From the NCBI GenBank assembly GCA_963753595.1, contig CAVWCX010000023.1:64001-128000 (forward strand): a stretch of DNA of 64,000 nucleotides. Direction: 5' to 3'. Position numbers and translations under genes: made by a program. Position 1 is the stretch's first letter; each line of letters begins with the position of its first letter. Below are positions 52,793-62,414 of the stretch, piece after piece. This stretch comes from Candidatus Methanoperedenaceae archaeon (GTDB lineage: Archaea > Halobacteriota > Methanosarcinia > Methanosarcinales > Methanoperedenaceae). The notes under the pieces were generated by a model. That model had not been told where the DNA came from and searched no databases. It saw only the letters and a program-made list of their open reading frames with translations.

Positions 52793-53179
52793 TTATGTTC
52801 TGAATAATTGTTCTTTCTTGATCACTTCATTCCCCTGTTCATCGTAATAATAATCCCATGCCAGGCCTTCCCCTATTCTGACCTTCCATACTGTTTTTCC
52901 TTCCAGGGTTGCTGTTTCAATGTTCTTTATGCTTTCTTCTGTTACATTATAAGTGATCGGTCTTCCTGCAATATCATGGTAAACAATAGATGTTCCAATC
53001 AGGTTGTTTTTAATCTTTTCTTTTATGGCATCGCTGCCAACAGGTTCAGGAATTGTATATGTATTATTATTGGAATTGGCAGGCTTCTCCACGCAACCCG
53101 AAATGAATAATATAGAAAATACAATAATTGTTATTATCATAATCAGCCCAAAGACATTCATCCTTTTTTTTTGTAACAT
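52793..53179 (-). CDS. Small lipoprotein, possibly PepSY-like
   Basis: Lipobox ISGC; VWKV...YYYDEQGNEVI; 10 bp upstream of the protease gene. Confidence 0.65.
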   Translation of the reverse strand: MLQKKRMNVFGLIMIITIIVFSILFISGCVEKPANSNNNTYTIPEPVGSDAIKEKIKNNLIGTSIVYHDIAGRPITYNVTEESIKNIETATLEGKTVWKVRIGEGLAWDYYYDEQGNEVIKKEQLFRT

Positions 53180-53299
53180 TTTTTCACCTGAAACAGCAAC
53201 GACTGGAATTTAATTAGAGTAAAGACCCTATTTTAAGTATTCTTTGATACTATTTAATTATTTCGATACAAAAAATATTGTGTAGAGTCCTGAAATTGT

Positions 53300-53428
53300 C
53301 TAACCGGTTAAGTATGCCCTAACTACTGCTACAGCGTCTGCCTTGGAAATTCCACCGCCAGTTAAGTAGGCTCGGACTGCTGCTACAGCTTCTGCCTTCG
53401 AGATAGTTCCACTGTGGTCAGCGTCCCA
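53300..53428 (-). repeat. Dockerin-like tag copy 3
   Basis: WDADHSGTISKAEAVAAVRAYLTGGGISKADAVAVVRAYLTG. Confidence 0.85.
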
Positions 53429-53635
53429 TACTGCAACTTCAGGCGACAATTCAGTAGGTGTATAAGTAAAAGTGCTTGTACTGCCAGATGTAATAATGTA
53501 AGTGCCGCCAGGGGTCAATGTATCCACAATTGGTGTCTGGTCAATAGTCACAGCAGATGTAATCTGAAATGATATGATCAGGACCGTTAAAATGGTGAAT
53601 AAAATCTTAATGGACATAGCATTTATTATTTTCAT
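53300..53635 (-). CDS. Small secreted protein consisting of little more than the dockerin-like tag
   Basis: Signal peptide, ~40-aa Thr-rich segment, then the tag. Confidence 0.7.
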   Translation of the reverse strand: MKIINAMSIKILFTILTVLIISFQITSAVTIDQTPIVDTLTPGGTYIITSGSTSTFTYTPTELSPEVAVWDADHSGTISKAEAVAAVRAYLTGGGISKADAVAVVRAYLTG

Positions 53636-53701
53636 ATCATCGCATAAAGATAAAAGTATCGTAAAATTGTGGGTTTAAAATATGTCGGTGTTGGAATCAA
53701 T

Positions 53702-53787
53702 AAAACGCAGATATACTATCACAAATCCGCGTTTATCGGCGTTTATCTGCGGTTTCTTATTTCCGGCCAGTTATCCTGTCAAAAAAT
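53702..53787. repeat. Partial 9-bp-period element (ATCCGCGTTTATCGGCGTTTATCTGCG) plus an ATCCTGTCAAAAAAT end fragment
   Basis: Matches 4988-5024 (inverted) and the right end of the 25720/26893 hairpins. Confidence 0.65.
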
Positions 53788-53799
53788 CGCTATCATGCA

Positions 53800-55851
53800 T
53801 CACACCGGGCACACCTGCGCCGCGCAGCCACCTGAATATTCAGGATCGGCAGAGACATATTTATCTATCGCATCCCCCAGGTACAAAACCTGCCTGGATT
53901 TACTTCCATACCTGTAGACCGTGATCCCTTTACATTTTAGTTCATAAGCGAACATGAAGGCTTTCTCGACTTCTTTTATATCCACATCATTGGGAAAATT
54001 TATTGTCTTTGAAACAGCATTATCACAATATTTCTGAAAAGTTGCCTGCATCTTCACATGCCATTGCGGAGCTATGTCAAAGGCGGTCACAAATACCCGT
54101 TTCACATCATCAGGTATCTCTTTTATTCCTGCAAGTGTGCCGGTCTTTGCGATTTTCATCATCAATTCTTCGCTATAAAATCCCCTTTCTTTCGCTTTGG
54201 CTTCAAAATGAGGATTTACTTCAATGAGTTTTGTGCCCTCAAGTACATTCCTGACAAAAGAAACAGCAAACAAAGGCTCAATACCGCTTGAGCATCCACC
54301 TATAATGCTTATTGAACCTGTGGGTGCGACCGTTGTAACTGTAGAGTTGCGTATGGGTTTTTTATAGATACTTCCAGGGAAATTCGGGAATTCGCCCCGG
54401 TATAGCGCTAAATTTTCAGATGCTGAATGTGATTTTTCCTGGATGAAACCCATTACTTCTTCTGCGGTTTTTAGAGCCTCTTCTGAATCATAAGGGGTCC
54501 CCAGTTGAGCCAGCATATCGGCAAAACCCATAACCCCAAGGCCTATCTTCCTGTTCGCCTTTGTAATTTCCTCTATCCGGGGAAGGGGATATTTAGTGAT
54601 ATCAATCACGTTATCAAGGAACCTGACAGCAATATTTACTGTTTTTTCCAGCTTTTCCCAATCGATAGAACCATTATTCACGATTTTAGCAAGGTTTATC
54701 GAACCCAGGTTGCAGGATTCATAAGGCAACAAAGGAAGTTCACCGCATGGGTTAGTGCTTTCAATCTCCCCTATCTGGGGGGTGGGATTATGCCTGTTGA
54801 TCTCATCTATGAATATAATTCCCGGATCCCCTGTTCTCCATGCCATCGTTATTATGAGGTTCCAGATATCCCGCGCTTTAACTTTCTTCACGACATTCCT
54901 GTTTCGCGGATTGAGCAGCTCGTAATCGCTATCCTCCTTGACTGCATTCATGAACTTATCATCCACGGCTACTGATATATTGAAATTTGTAAGGAAACCT
55001 TCCTTTGTTTTTGCTGTAATAAATTCAATAATATCAGGATGATCAACCCTCAGTATTCCCATATTTGCGCCGCGCCGTTTTCCTCCCTGTTTGATTATGT
55101 CGGTCGTGACATCAAATACCCGCATGAATGAAACAGGGCCTGAAGCCACTCCCTGTGTGGATTTTACAATATCTCCCCTGGGTCTTATGCGCGAAAATGA
55201 AAATCCTGTCCCCCCACCTGATTGCTGGATCAGAGCCATGTTTTTCACAGCATCAAAAATGCTCATCAGTGAGTCTTCTACCGGAATTACAAAACAGGCA
55301 GAGAGTTGTCCGATGTCAGTACCTGCATTCATAAGTGTGGGTGTGTTCGGGAGAAATTCAAGGTTCATAAGCATGTTGAGGAATTCTTCCTCGGATTCAG
55401 GATCTAGAGCCACGGCTTTTGCAATTCGCCCAAAGAGCTGCACAGGAGTTTCCAAAACTTCCCCCAACTCATTTTTTAACAGGTAGCGCCGTTCAAGTAC
55501 CCGCACCGCATTTACACTCATTTTCAGTTCATCCCGCACACCAAAGAATTCTTTGGCTTTCCTGATCTGTGCCCGCTTTTCCCTGTATAATATGTATGCT
55601 TTTGCGATGCCGGTATAACCCTTTTTAATTAAGACTTCCTCGACAGCGTCCTGCACATCTTCTACACCGGGAATTCCAGTGATTCTTTTATCAAGAAGGT
55701 CAACCACATGTCCTGCAATTTCTTCTGCCCTTTCACCACCCTGGCTTTTTGTTGCGATAAATGCCTTGAAAATAGCTTTGGCTATCTTCGTTCTGTCAAA
55801 ATCTGCTATTCGTCCATCTCTTTTTCGGATTTTCTGCGGCATGAAAATCAT
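53800..55851 (-). CDS. nrdJ: Class II (adenosylcobalamin-dependent) ribonucleotide reductase with N-terminal ATP cone
   Basis: [33 protein letters not shown] and KGITVYR. Confidence 0.95.
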   Translation of the reverse strand: MIFMPQKIRKRDGRIADFDRTKIAKAIFKAFIATKSQGGERAEEIAGHVVDLLDKRITGIPGVEDVQDAVEEVLIKKGYTGIAKAYILYREKRAQIRKAKEFFGVRDELKMSVNAVRVLERRYLLKNELGEVLETPVQLFGRIAKAVALDPESEEEFLNMLMNLEFLPNTPTLMNAGTDIGQLSACFVIPVEDSLMSIFDAVKNMALIQQSGGGTGFSFSRIRPRGDIVKSTQGVASGPVSFMRVFDVTTDIIKQGGKRRGANMGILRVDHPDIIEFITAKTKEGFLTNFNISVAVDDKFMNAVKEDSDYELLNPRNRNVVKKVKARDIWNLIITMAWRTGDPGIIFIDEINRHNPTPQIGEIESTNPCGELPLLPYESCNLGSINLAKIVNNGSIDWEKLEKTVNIAVRFLDNVIDITKYPLPRIEEITKANRKIGLGVMGFADMLAQLGTPYDSEEALKTAEEVMGFIQEKSHSASENLALYRGEFPNFPGSIYKKPIRNSTVTTVAPTGSISIIGGCSSGIEPLFAVSFVRNVLEGTKLIEVNPHFEAKAKERGFYSEELMMKIAKTGTLAGIKEIPDDVKRVFVTAFDIAPQWHVKMQATFQKYCDNAVSKTINFPNDVDIKEVEKAFMFAYELKCKGITVYRYGSKSRQVLYLGDAIDKYVSADPEYSGGCAAQVCPV

Positions 55852-56081
55852 CCTGTTTAATAAGAATTAATTACTCTCATAAACATGGAGTATATGGGTT
55901 AATTATGAATTAAGCTTTTCACAGAAACCTATTTACTTTATGAAATTAGCATCCGGGGCGTGCAATCAATATTATCCAACAATACAATCCTGGAAGCATT
56001 GGAAATCAGGGATAATGAGAGATTTAATAAGGTTGTAGAGGATATTCTGACAAAAGAAATTGATATGAACAGGTTGGGAAC

Positions 56082-56897
56082 ATGATAGAAAATATCATCT
56101 GGCTGGCGCTTGGATTGCTTGTTATAGCTTCGCTTATCCCGCTTCATAATAAGATGAAACTTCCTCTTGCAGGAGTTAGCTGGCTGTTTTTTTCAATACA
56201 CTGGCTGTTACAGTGGAGGCACTATTATGAGCTGGAAGATTATGTCAATGTATTCCTTACGATCTTTGCAGCGGTTTTTAGCATTTTCATAGGTTACCTC
56301 ATGATAAAGAAAGACAAAAGATTGTTTGGGAAGATCAATGGAATAGACACCCTGACCTCTATTTCGATGATGACCACAGCGGCAGCAATAGGTGGTCTTT
56401 CTTATTTTCTTTTTTCCGAGATACCTTCAATGAATTCATGGATAATCTCGACAGTCACAGACCAGACCGTATGGATCGGATCGCTCCTTGGAATAACGAT
56501 AACAAGGCTTGATTGGAACCTGATAGCAGTGAACGGCTACAAAGTGGAGATAATCCTTGCATGTACGGCTATTGAAAGTATAGCATTATTTATCGGGATA
56601 ATAGCAAGTGTCAATGCGCCGGTAAAAAGACTGGCCCTGGCTTTCGTGATCTCTGTTCCTGTAATATATGGTTTGAATCTTATAAGAAATGTTTTTGTGG
56701 TTGATGCTTATGGTATGACATGGTTTGGCGATCCGGAAATGAGTTTTTATATCGCCCATACCGTGATAGCAAAAATAGGTTCATTGATAGCATTATTCAT
56801 TGTAGCTTACGCAGTCCTTAAAATACTTCCCGAGATTATTGATATGATCGATGGTGTCCTGAACCTTGTAGGAGGAATTTTTAAGAATGATGGCTAG
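56082..56897 (+). CDS. artA: Archaeosortase A
   Basis: VEIILACTAIES (catalytic Cys), NLIRN and H.VIAK; multi-TM. Confidence 0.9.
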   Translation: MIENIIWLALGLLVIASLIPLHNKMKLPLAGVSWLFFSIHWLLQWRHYYELEDYVNVFLTIFAAVFSIFIGYLMIKKDKRLFGKINGIDTLTSISMMTTAAAIGGLSYFLFSEIPSMNSWIISTVTDQTVWIGSLLGITITRLDWNLIAVNGYKVEIILACTAIESIALFIGIIASVNAPVKRLALAFVISVPVIYGLNLIRNVFVVDAYGMTWFGDPEMSFYIAHTVIAKIGSLIALFIVAYAVLKILPEIIDMIDGVLNLVGGIFKNDG

Positions 56898-57525
56898 AGG
56901 TTCTTTTTCATGGATATCGGGAATTTTTCTATTCACGATAGGGACATGGGTCGCATCCAGGAACGTAACCGGTTCATTATCATTGATTTTCTTTTTGTTA
57001 TTCGCTATCGGATTTTTGCTCTCGGTTTTTTTCATTGTTTTTTTTCGCGACCCGGAACGAATACCCTCAGGAGATGAAGACGATGCAGTCTCGCCAGCTG
57101 ACGGAAAAGTGATATCTATCCAGCACAGGACGGTCTGTATTTTTATGAATATCCATAATGTCCATGTGAACCGCGCGCCGCTTTCGGGTATGGTTACCCA
57201 CATCGATTATAAACCGGGAGGTTATATCCCGGCCTTTAACAAGGATTCTGATGTAAATGAAAGGAACCATGTTGTTTTTAATACGGCAGCAGGGACTCTT
57301 GAATTGACACAGATCGCAGGTATCCTGACACGAAGGATAGTCTCTTACATAAGCGAAGGGAATTATGTTAAAAGGGGAGAGCGTATAGGAATGATACGTT
57401 TTGGTTCCAGGGTGGATGTCACGATACCGGAAGGATATGTTTTTACGGTAAACCTGAATGATAAAGTAAAAGCTGCCGAGACTATAATTGCCAGAAAAAA
57501 AGATAAAGTTCAACAAAAGTCATGA
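56887..57525 (+). CDS. pssD: Archaetidylserine/phosphatidylserine decarboxylase
   Basis: FFRDPER, SPADG, HVNRAP and FGSRVD autocleavage motif. Confidence 0.9.
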   Translation: MMARGSFSWISGIFLFTIGTWVASRNVTGSLSLIFFLLFAIGFLLSVFFIVFFRDPERIPSGDEDDAVSPADGKVISIQHRTVCIFMNIHNVHVNRAPLSGMVTHIDYKPGGYIPAFNKDSDVNERNHVVFNTAAGTLELTQIAGILTRRIVSYISEGNYVKRGERIGMIRFGSRVDVTIPEGYVFTVNLNDKVKAAETIIARKKDKVQQKS

Positions 57526-57549
57526 GATGAAGAAAATAAGGGAAAATCT

Positions 57550-58236
57550 ATGGGACAAAATATTCTAAAACTCATTAAACCTGCCGATATCATAACGCTT
57601 ATCAATGCGTTGATGGGATTTGCTTCAATTATAATGACCCTGAAAGGGGAGATAGAATTTGCGCTTGTATTTATCCTTCTTGCGGTAATAGCGGACGGGG
57701 CTGACGGCGCAGTTGCCAGGTATTCAGGTTTTGGGGTCCTTGGCGCTAATCTTGATTCATTATCTGATGTAATATCGTTCGGGGTCGCACCAGCCGTTGT
57801 TTCATTCGCTGCACTTTCAAAGCTTGGAAATCTTGCTCTCGTTTTTCCTGCTTTTTTCATGATTTGCGGCATATTGCGTCTTGCCAGGTTCAATGTTTCT
57901 GGTAAAAAGGACGGATTCGAAGGAATTCCCATAACTGCCGGGGGATTCATAGTAGCATTATTTGTACTGGTAAAGGACATTGTTCCGTATTTTGAATATA
58001 CTTTTTCAGCGCTTCTTGTTATTTTATCATTATTGATGGTAAGCACCATAAGTTACCCCAAAATAAAAAATCCCATTGCCCTTGCGCCAGTGGTAATAGT
58101 CCTTGTGTTCAATATTGTAGCGTTTTACCTGGGATTAATCGATCTTGTAAAAAAAGGTTCATTGCTCCTGTTTATTCTTATCATGGCATACATTTTAAGT
58201 CCCATAGGTGTGAAATTATATGACAGAAATAAATAA
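57550..58236 (+). CDS. pssA: Archaetidylserine synthase (CDP-alcohol phosphatidyltransferase)
   Basis: DGADGAVAR...G..LDSLSDVISFGVAP and RLARFN. Confidence 0.9.
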   Translation: MGQNILKLIKPADIITLINALMGFASIIMTLKGEIEFALVFILLAVIADGADGAVARYSGFGVLGANLDSLSDVISFGVAPAVVSFAALSKLGNLALVFPAFFMICGILRLARFNVSGKKDGFEGIPITAGGFIVALFVLVKDIVPYFEYTFSALLVILSLLMVSTISYPKIKNPIALAPVVIVLVFNIVAFYLGLIDLVKKGSLLLFILIMAYILSPIGVKLYDRNK

Positions 58237-58576
58237 TCGTGACAGGGCTGTTTTTGAAGCCGGTATAAAGCTCGGGGCATTGTATCACCAATTTGTCGGC
58301 ACTCCAATAAATACGGAAATGCTTGATGGCCTGTCAAGGATGATAGAGGAAAGCATAGGAGTCCAGCCTTTTGTAAGAAGTATCAGTGTTACTATAGACA
58401 GCGAAATGGTCCATAAAAAACAGAATCCCGGATTCGGATATTGTGAACTGGAAGGGCGAATGCTTCATGTAAGTTTACAGGTGCTTTATAAGAATGTGAT
58501 AGCGCATGCAGAAATGTGTTATGATGAAGAAAAAGATTATCCACTTATGAGCATCAAGAAGATCGAGGAAATGTAA
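58220..58576 (+). CDS. mptD: Archaeal dihydroneopterin aldolase (DUF372)
   Basis: FEAGIKLGALYHQFVGTP and YPLM. Confidence 0.9.
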   Translation: MTEINNRDRAVFEAGIKLGALYHQFVGTPINTEMLDGLSRMIEESIGVQPFVRSISVTIDSEMVHKKQNPGFGYCELEGRMLHVSLQVLYKNVIAHAEMCYDEEKDYPLMSIKKIEEM

Positions 58577-58602
58577 GGTTCGTATTGCAGCTCTGCTTTA
58601 CT

Positions 58603-58965
58603 TCATCGCCAGAATTCCCACCATTTTTTCTTTTCAGGTTGCGGGGGTGAAAGCATTCTTTGTGTCTGGATATGAAGGACCTGTTCCTGATGGAGCAATT
58701 TTAGAAGGTCGTCTATTTTTGCTCTCAGGAAATCTACCTCCTGTTTAATTCGTTTCATTTCATCGCTTTCAGATTCCAGATTACTTACACTGCTTTGGCC
58801 AGGTTGGCTTTCATCCTCTTCTTTTTTAGCATCTTTTTTTTCCTTTATATCAAAATATAATTCAAGAGCCTCAATTACAATATCCACTTTAGGCCTGCCA
58901 CTTTTTTCAATTTTTTCCTGCAGTTCCAAAGGTATCCTCACATTAAGCTGCTTCTTTTCACCCAT
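58603..58965 (-). CDS. Ribbon-helix-helix / coiled-coil protein with C-terminal KKKWWEFWR
   Basis: QLNVRIP..L N-terminus, heptad region and aromatic/basic tail. Confidence 0.75.
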   Translation of the reverse strand: MGEKKQLNVRIPLELQEKIEKSGRPKVDIVIEALELYFDIKEKKDAKKEEDESQPGQSSVSNLESESDEMKRIKQEVDFLRAKIDDLLKLLHQEQVLHIQTQRMLSPPQPEKKKWWEFWR

Positions 58966-59063
58966 GCTTATATAAATGAATATCTATATTATAACTTTTT
59001 CTATCAGGATACTGCGTCCAGGCAAAACATAAAAACCTGAAGAAACGATTAAGTCACATACCC

Positions 59064-59779
59064 ATGCTTAACTTTCAAATTGTGCTTGTTGAACCCATCT
59101 ACAGCGGAAATGTGGGTTCAGTTGCACGCGTCATGAAAAATTTTGGATTCAGCGAACTTGTACTTGTAAATCCATGTGATCTTGACATGCCGGCACGCGT
59201 TATGTCAGTCCATGCTTATGATATTATCGAGAATGCCCGAATTGAATTTAATATAAAAGATGCCCTGAAAGGTTCTAATATCATTATCGGAATGACCGGA
59301 CTTCCAGGGAAAACAGATAATAAACACTTCAGGATCCCTGCATATAGCCCCAGGCAATTGAAAGAAAAACTATCCGGGAATAATGGAACAATATCGCTTG
59401 TTTTTGGAAGGGAAGATGCAGGGCTTCGAAATGAAGAACTGGAAATTTGCGATATCATAGTTAATATTCCCACAAGCCCGCTTATTCAAGTATGAACCTG
59501 TCTCATGCAGTTGCTGTCGTTCTTTATGAACTGAGCGATGTAAAAGGTGGAGATAGGTACATAGCAGATCATTTTGATATTGAACTCCTGTATGAGCATA
59601 TTGATGAAGTCCTGGATGATATTGAATATAAAGAACACAAAGAAGACAAGACAAAGCTTATGCTAAGCAGGATATTAGGACGAGCTGAATTAACAGCACG
59701 CGAGGTACAGACCCTTCGCGGGATACTGCGCCGCATCCAGTGGAAATTAAGGACAGGTGAATATGGGAAATCCGATTAA
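59064..59779 (+). CDS. trmJ: TrmJ-family SPOUT RNA methyltransferase, frameshift near 59480
   Basis: VLVEP..GNVGSVARVMKNFG, FGREDAGL and MNLSHAV. Confidence 0.85.
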
Positions 59780-61265
59780 ATTTGTAATTGGTTGCTTTTT
59801 TGGCAAGAAACCAAGAATCGCACAAAGCCAGTTCATCAAACCTTCCGAACTTAAAGGTGACATAAAATTAGGTGAGTTTGTTCCCTTCTTCATAGTTGCA
59901 TCAATAGAAGTCGGGAATACTACTACCAAATGCATCCTGACAGCTACGAATATGAAAGACGGGCACACGCGTGTTTTGAACAAGACCGTAAAAATGACCC
60001 GCGACGTAAGAAAACCAAAACCCAACGAAAGGATTTTTGGCTCGACCCTTAGCGGAGTATCATTGACCAGGGAATCGATCGCAGAACTTGTCCGGGACAC
60101 GCTCATTGAAGCTCATGGGGAGGTGAATCTTGATATCACGACAGACCTCGATTTCGCTGTAAGGTCAACAGGCGTGGTAGCAGGTTTTTCATCTCCGCAT
60201 GAAGTCGGGGAATTCATAAAAGCGCTTGCAGACGGGTGCCTGCTCGCAGGGATCCCGCCAAAAAAGATGGTGCCTGCCATGTCCATCGATAATATCCCGC
60301 CAAAATTCAAAGACAACACGCTGATCGAGAAGATCGTATTTACAGGAGCTGTTGGGGGTGTTCTTCCTCCGGTTGGTTCGACTGGCGTTGAGATCGTTGC
60401 AAATGAAATGGAAGGAGAACTTGCAACAGCCGGTATTAAAGAAGGCGCCAAATGGTCCGGGGTGGATTTCAGGAACCCTGTTTTTTCAATGGATTTCGGG
60501 ACAACCCTTAAAGGACGCATTACCAACGATGAAATACCTTATGCAAGAACCATTGCCAATCTTTGCGGGTTTGCCGGCGCCATTCCCGATGCTGTCATAA
60601 AAGGAACCGGTCTTGTGGATAAGAGATACGGCGCTGCGCTTGATCTTTTCAAAGACGGTAAAGAACGTATGATCTGGCTTTCAAAAGGAAGCTTTATCAG
60701 GAAATATGCAGACGAGATACTTTCCAGGGTCAAAATTGAGATCGTACCTGAAAATGTGAACAGGTATGGGAGCGTCCCGGTTGACCCTGCTGCGGCAAAA
60801 GAGATCGGTGTGATCCTTATAGGATGCGATGTCGGGGAGAACGGAAGTCTTCTGCCTGAATTGACAGATATTGGCTCTGAATTATACACAAAACATGGGT
60901 TAAAAACAATGTTTGCAACTCTTGACCTCGTATCTGCAAAGATGGTTGGACGCATCGTGAACCTGGCCATCGAACATAAGCTTGTAACAGGAAAAACCTC
61001 TATTGGCCTGACAGGAAGGGCTGCTATTACAGGCTGCAAACCTTACTTGATATTGAAAAGCATTGAAAAACTCGGGTTTTTTGAAGAACCCAGGGAACAT
61101 GTGGTGTTCGTGGATGATGGTCTTGCCCGCGGTGCCGCTGTCATGGCACGCTGCATGAACTCCATGGGAGTCCCGAAAAACCCCATCGGAGGCGTAAGAG
61201 GCGGTAGATGTGTACTGAAACAACGTATTGAATATTATGAAAGATCAAAAGAGAGGAACGTATGA
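59763..61265 (+). CDS. Methanogenesis marker protein 14
   Basis: VASIEVGNTTTKCI, RSTGV, NEMEGEL, DFGTTL and DDGLARGA. Confidence 0.9.
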   Translation: MGNPIKFVIGCFFGKKPRIAQSQFIKPSELKGDIKLGEFVPFFIVASIEVGNTTTKCILTATNMKDGHTRVLNKTVKMTRDVRKPKPNERIFGSTLSGVSLTRESIAELVRDTLIEAHGEVNLDITTDLDFAVRSTGVVAGFSSPHEVGEFIKALADGCLLAGIPPKKMVPAMSIDNIPPKFKDNTLIEKIVFTGAVGGVLPPVGSTGVEIVANEMEGELATAGIKEGAKWSGVDFRNPVFSMDFGTTLKGRITNDEIPYARTIANLCGFAGAIPDAVIKGTGLVDKRYGAALDLFKDGKERMIWLSKGSFIRKYADEILSRVKIEIVPENVNRYGSVPVDPAAAKEIGVILIGCDVGENGSLLPELTDIGSELYTKHGLKTMFATLDLVSAKMVGRIVNLAIEHKLVTGKTSIGLTGRAAITGCKPYLILKSIEKLGFFEEPREHVVFVDDGLARGAAVMARCMNSMGVPKNPIGGVRGGRCVLKQRIEYYERSKERNV

Positions 61266-61714
61266 AAGCACTTTTTATGATGGGATGCCCTGAACTGCCC
61301 GTTCAGACAGCAGCGGCATTGTACATAGCAAATAAATTGAATAAGGAGGGAATAGAAGTCACTTGCGCAGGAAATAAAGCTGCTATAAGCCTCCTTCTTA
61401 ATTCTGATCCTGAAAAACATTATATTAAAAAAGTAATGGATCTTGACAGATGCATCGGCGCTCTTGCTGAAAAGACAATTGATTTTGATCTTTGTTTTGT
61501 TTTTATACACAGCGATAGCGGGATCTCATATCTGGCGACAATTAAATCAATTTCAAAAGCAAAGACCATTGCAGTAATTTTTGGAAAAGAGATAGAACCC
61601 CTCATCGAAGCAAGCGGGGATTCTATCATCATTGCCGCAAAAGCGGTTCATAACCCGACGCCGCTTCGGGCACAGATAGACGGGGTGAAGTCATGGGCTG
61701 CGTTGAGGACATGA
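61262..61714 (+). CDS. DUF1890 family protein
   Basis: MGCPELPVQT, SDPEKHY and HNPTPL. Confidence 0.85.
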   Translation: MKALFMMGCPELPVQTAAALYIANKLNKEGIEVTCAGNKAAISLLLNSDPEKHYIKKVMDLDRCIGALAEKTIDFDLCFVFIHSDSGISYLATIKSISKAKTIAVIFGKEIEPLIEASGDSIIIAAKAVHNPTPLRAQIDGVKSWAALRT

Positions 61715-61965
61715 ATTATGATATATTGCTTCCGAACAGCTCTTTTAAGGAATGTGCGGAGTACATAAAGAAAAATTTCAAGGAAATTTATTATGTGCCT
61801 GCGGGTTACAAGATATTTGACAATTATCTTGTAGGAGTCCCGCCGATACCGATAGCTGTTGATAATGATAATATTATCATGCCTTATGTGAAGCCCTGCC
61901 ACGGGTGTTTTGTGCTGAGGATACCGGGAAAGGAAGAAATTGAGGTCTTGAAGGCTAACAAATGA
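61693..61965 (+). CDS. DUF1894 family protein
   Basis: MGCVEDMNY, GVPPIPI and PYVKPCHG. Confidence 0.85.
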   Translation: MGCVEDMNYDILLPNSSFKECAEYIKKNFKEIYYVPAGYKIFDNYLVGVPPIPIAVDNDNIIMPYVKPCHGCFVLRIPGKEEIEVLKANK

Positions 61966-62039
61966 ATAACTATCAGCTCGCGTTAGCCGTAAGAATTATC
62001 CAGATACATGAAATAACATTGTCTAATTATTTAAATCTG

Positions 62040-62365
62040 GTCGAAAATACGAAATCTCGGTTATAATTCTATTGCAGTAAATTCTTAACCCAAACTATTC
62101 TTTTATAACTGACCAATCCAGTTTCACAAAAACCGTCGCTCTCCGGAAAAAATCTATAAATGTTTATCGAGATAGCGAAGCTCCGGGTAAAAGTAAGGAG
62201 TCATTTCTTGAGGGAAATAAATTGGTGTTTTTCGTGAAATTTCTATTTTTTTTATTTCATCTGAAAGCTTAGATCATCTTCTTCAAAATATATCTTTATT
62301 TGATGTAAATCTTTTTTAATTGATACCAGATCTTTATGAATTTCTTTCAGAGTAACTTCAGCCAT
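62040..62365 (-). pseudogene. Probable decayed antitoxin/RelE-type toxin pair
   Basis: MAEVTLKEIHKDLVSIKKDL... start at 62365 is broken by frameshifts; downstream KLDWSVIK fragment. Confidence 0.3.
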
Positions 62366-62414
62366 ATTAATCAATTGAATTGTAGGTTTTGTTATATAAA
62401 AGGATTTCCAAATA

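Noticed and set aside
45114-53428. Diversity-generating retroelement TR/VR pairs
   Set aside because: Differences between tag copies are not adenine-specific, all copies are coding, and there is no reverse transcriptase in the window.
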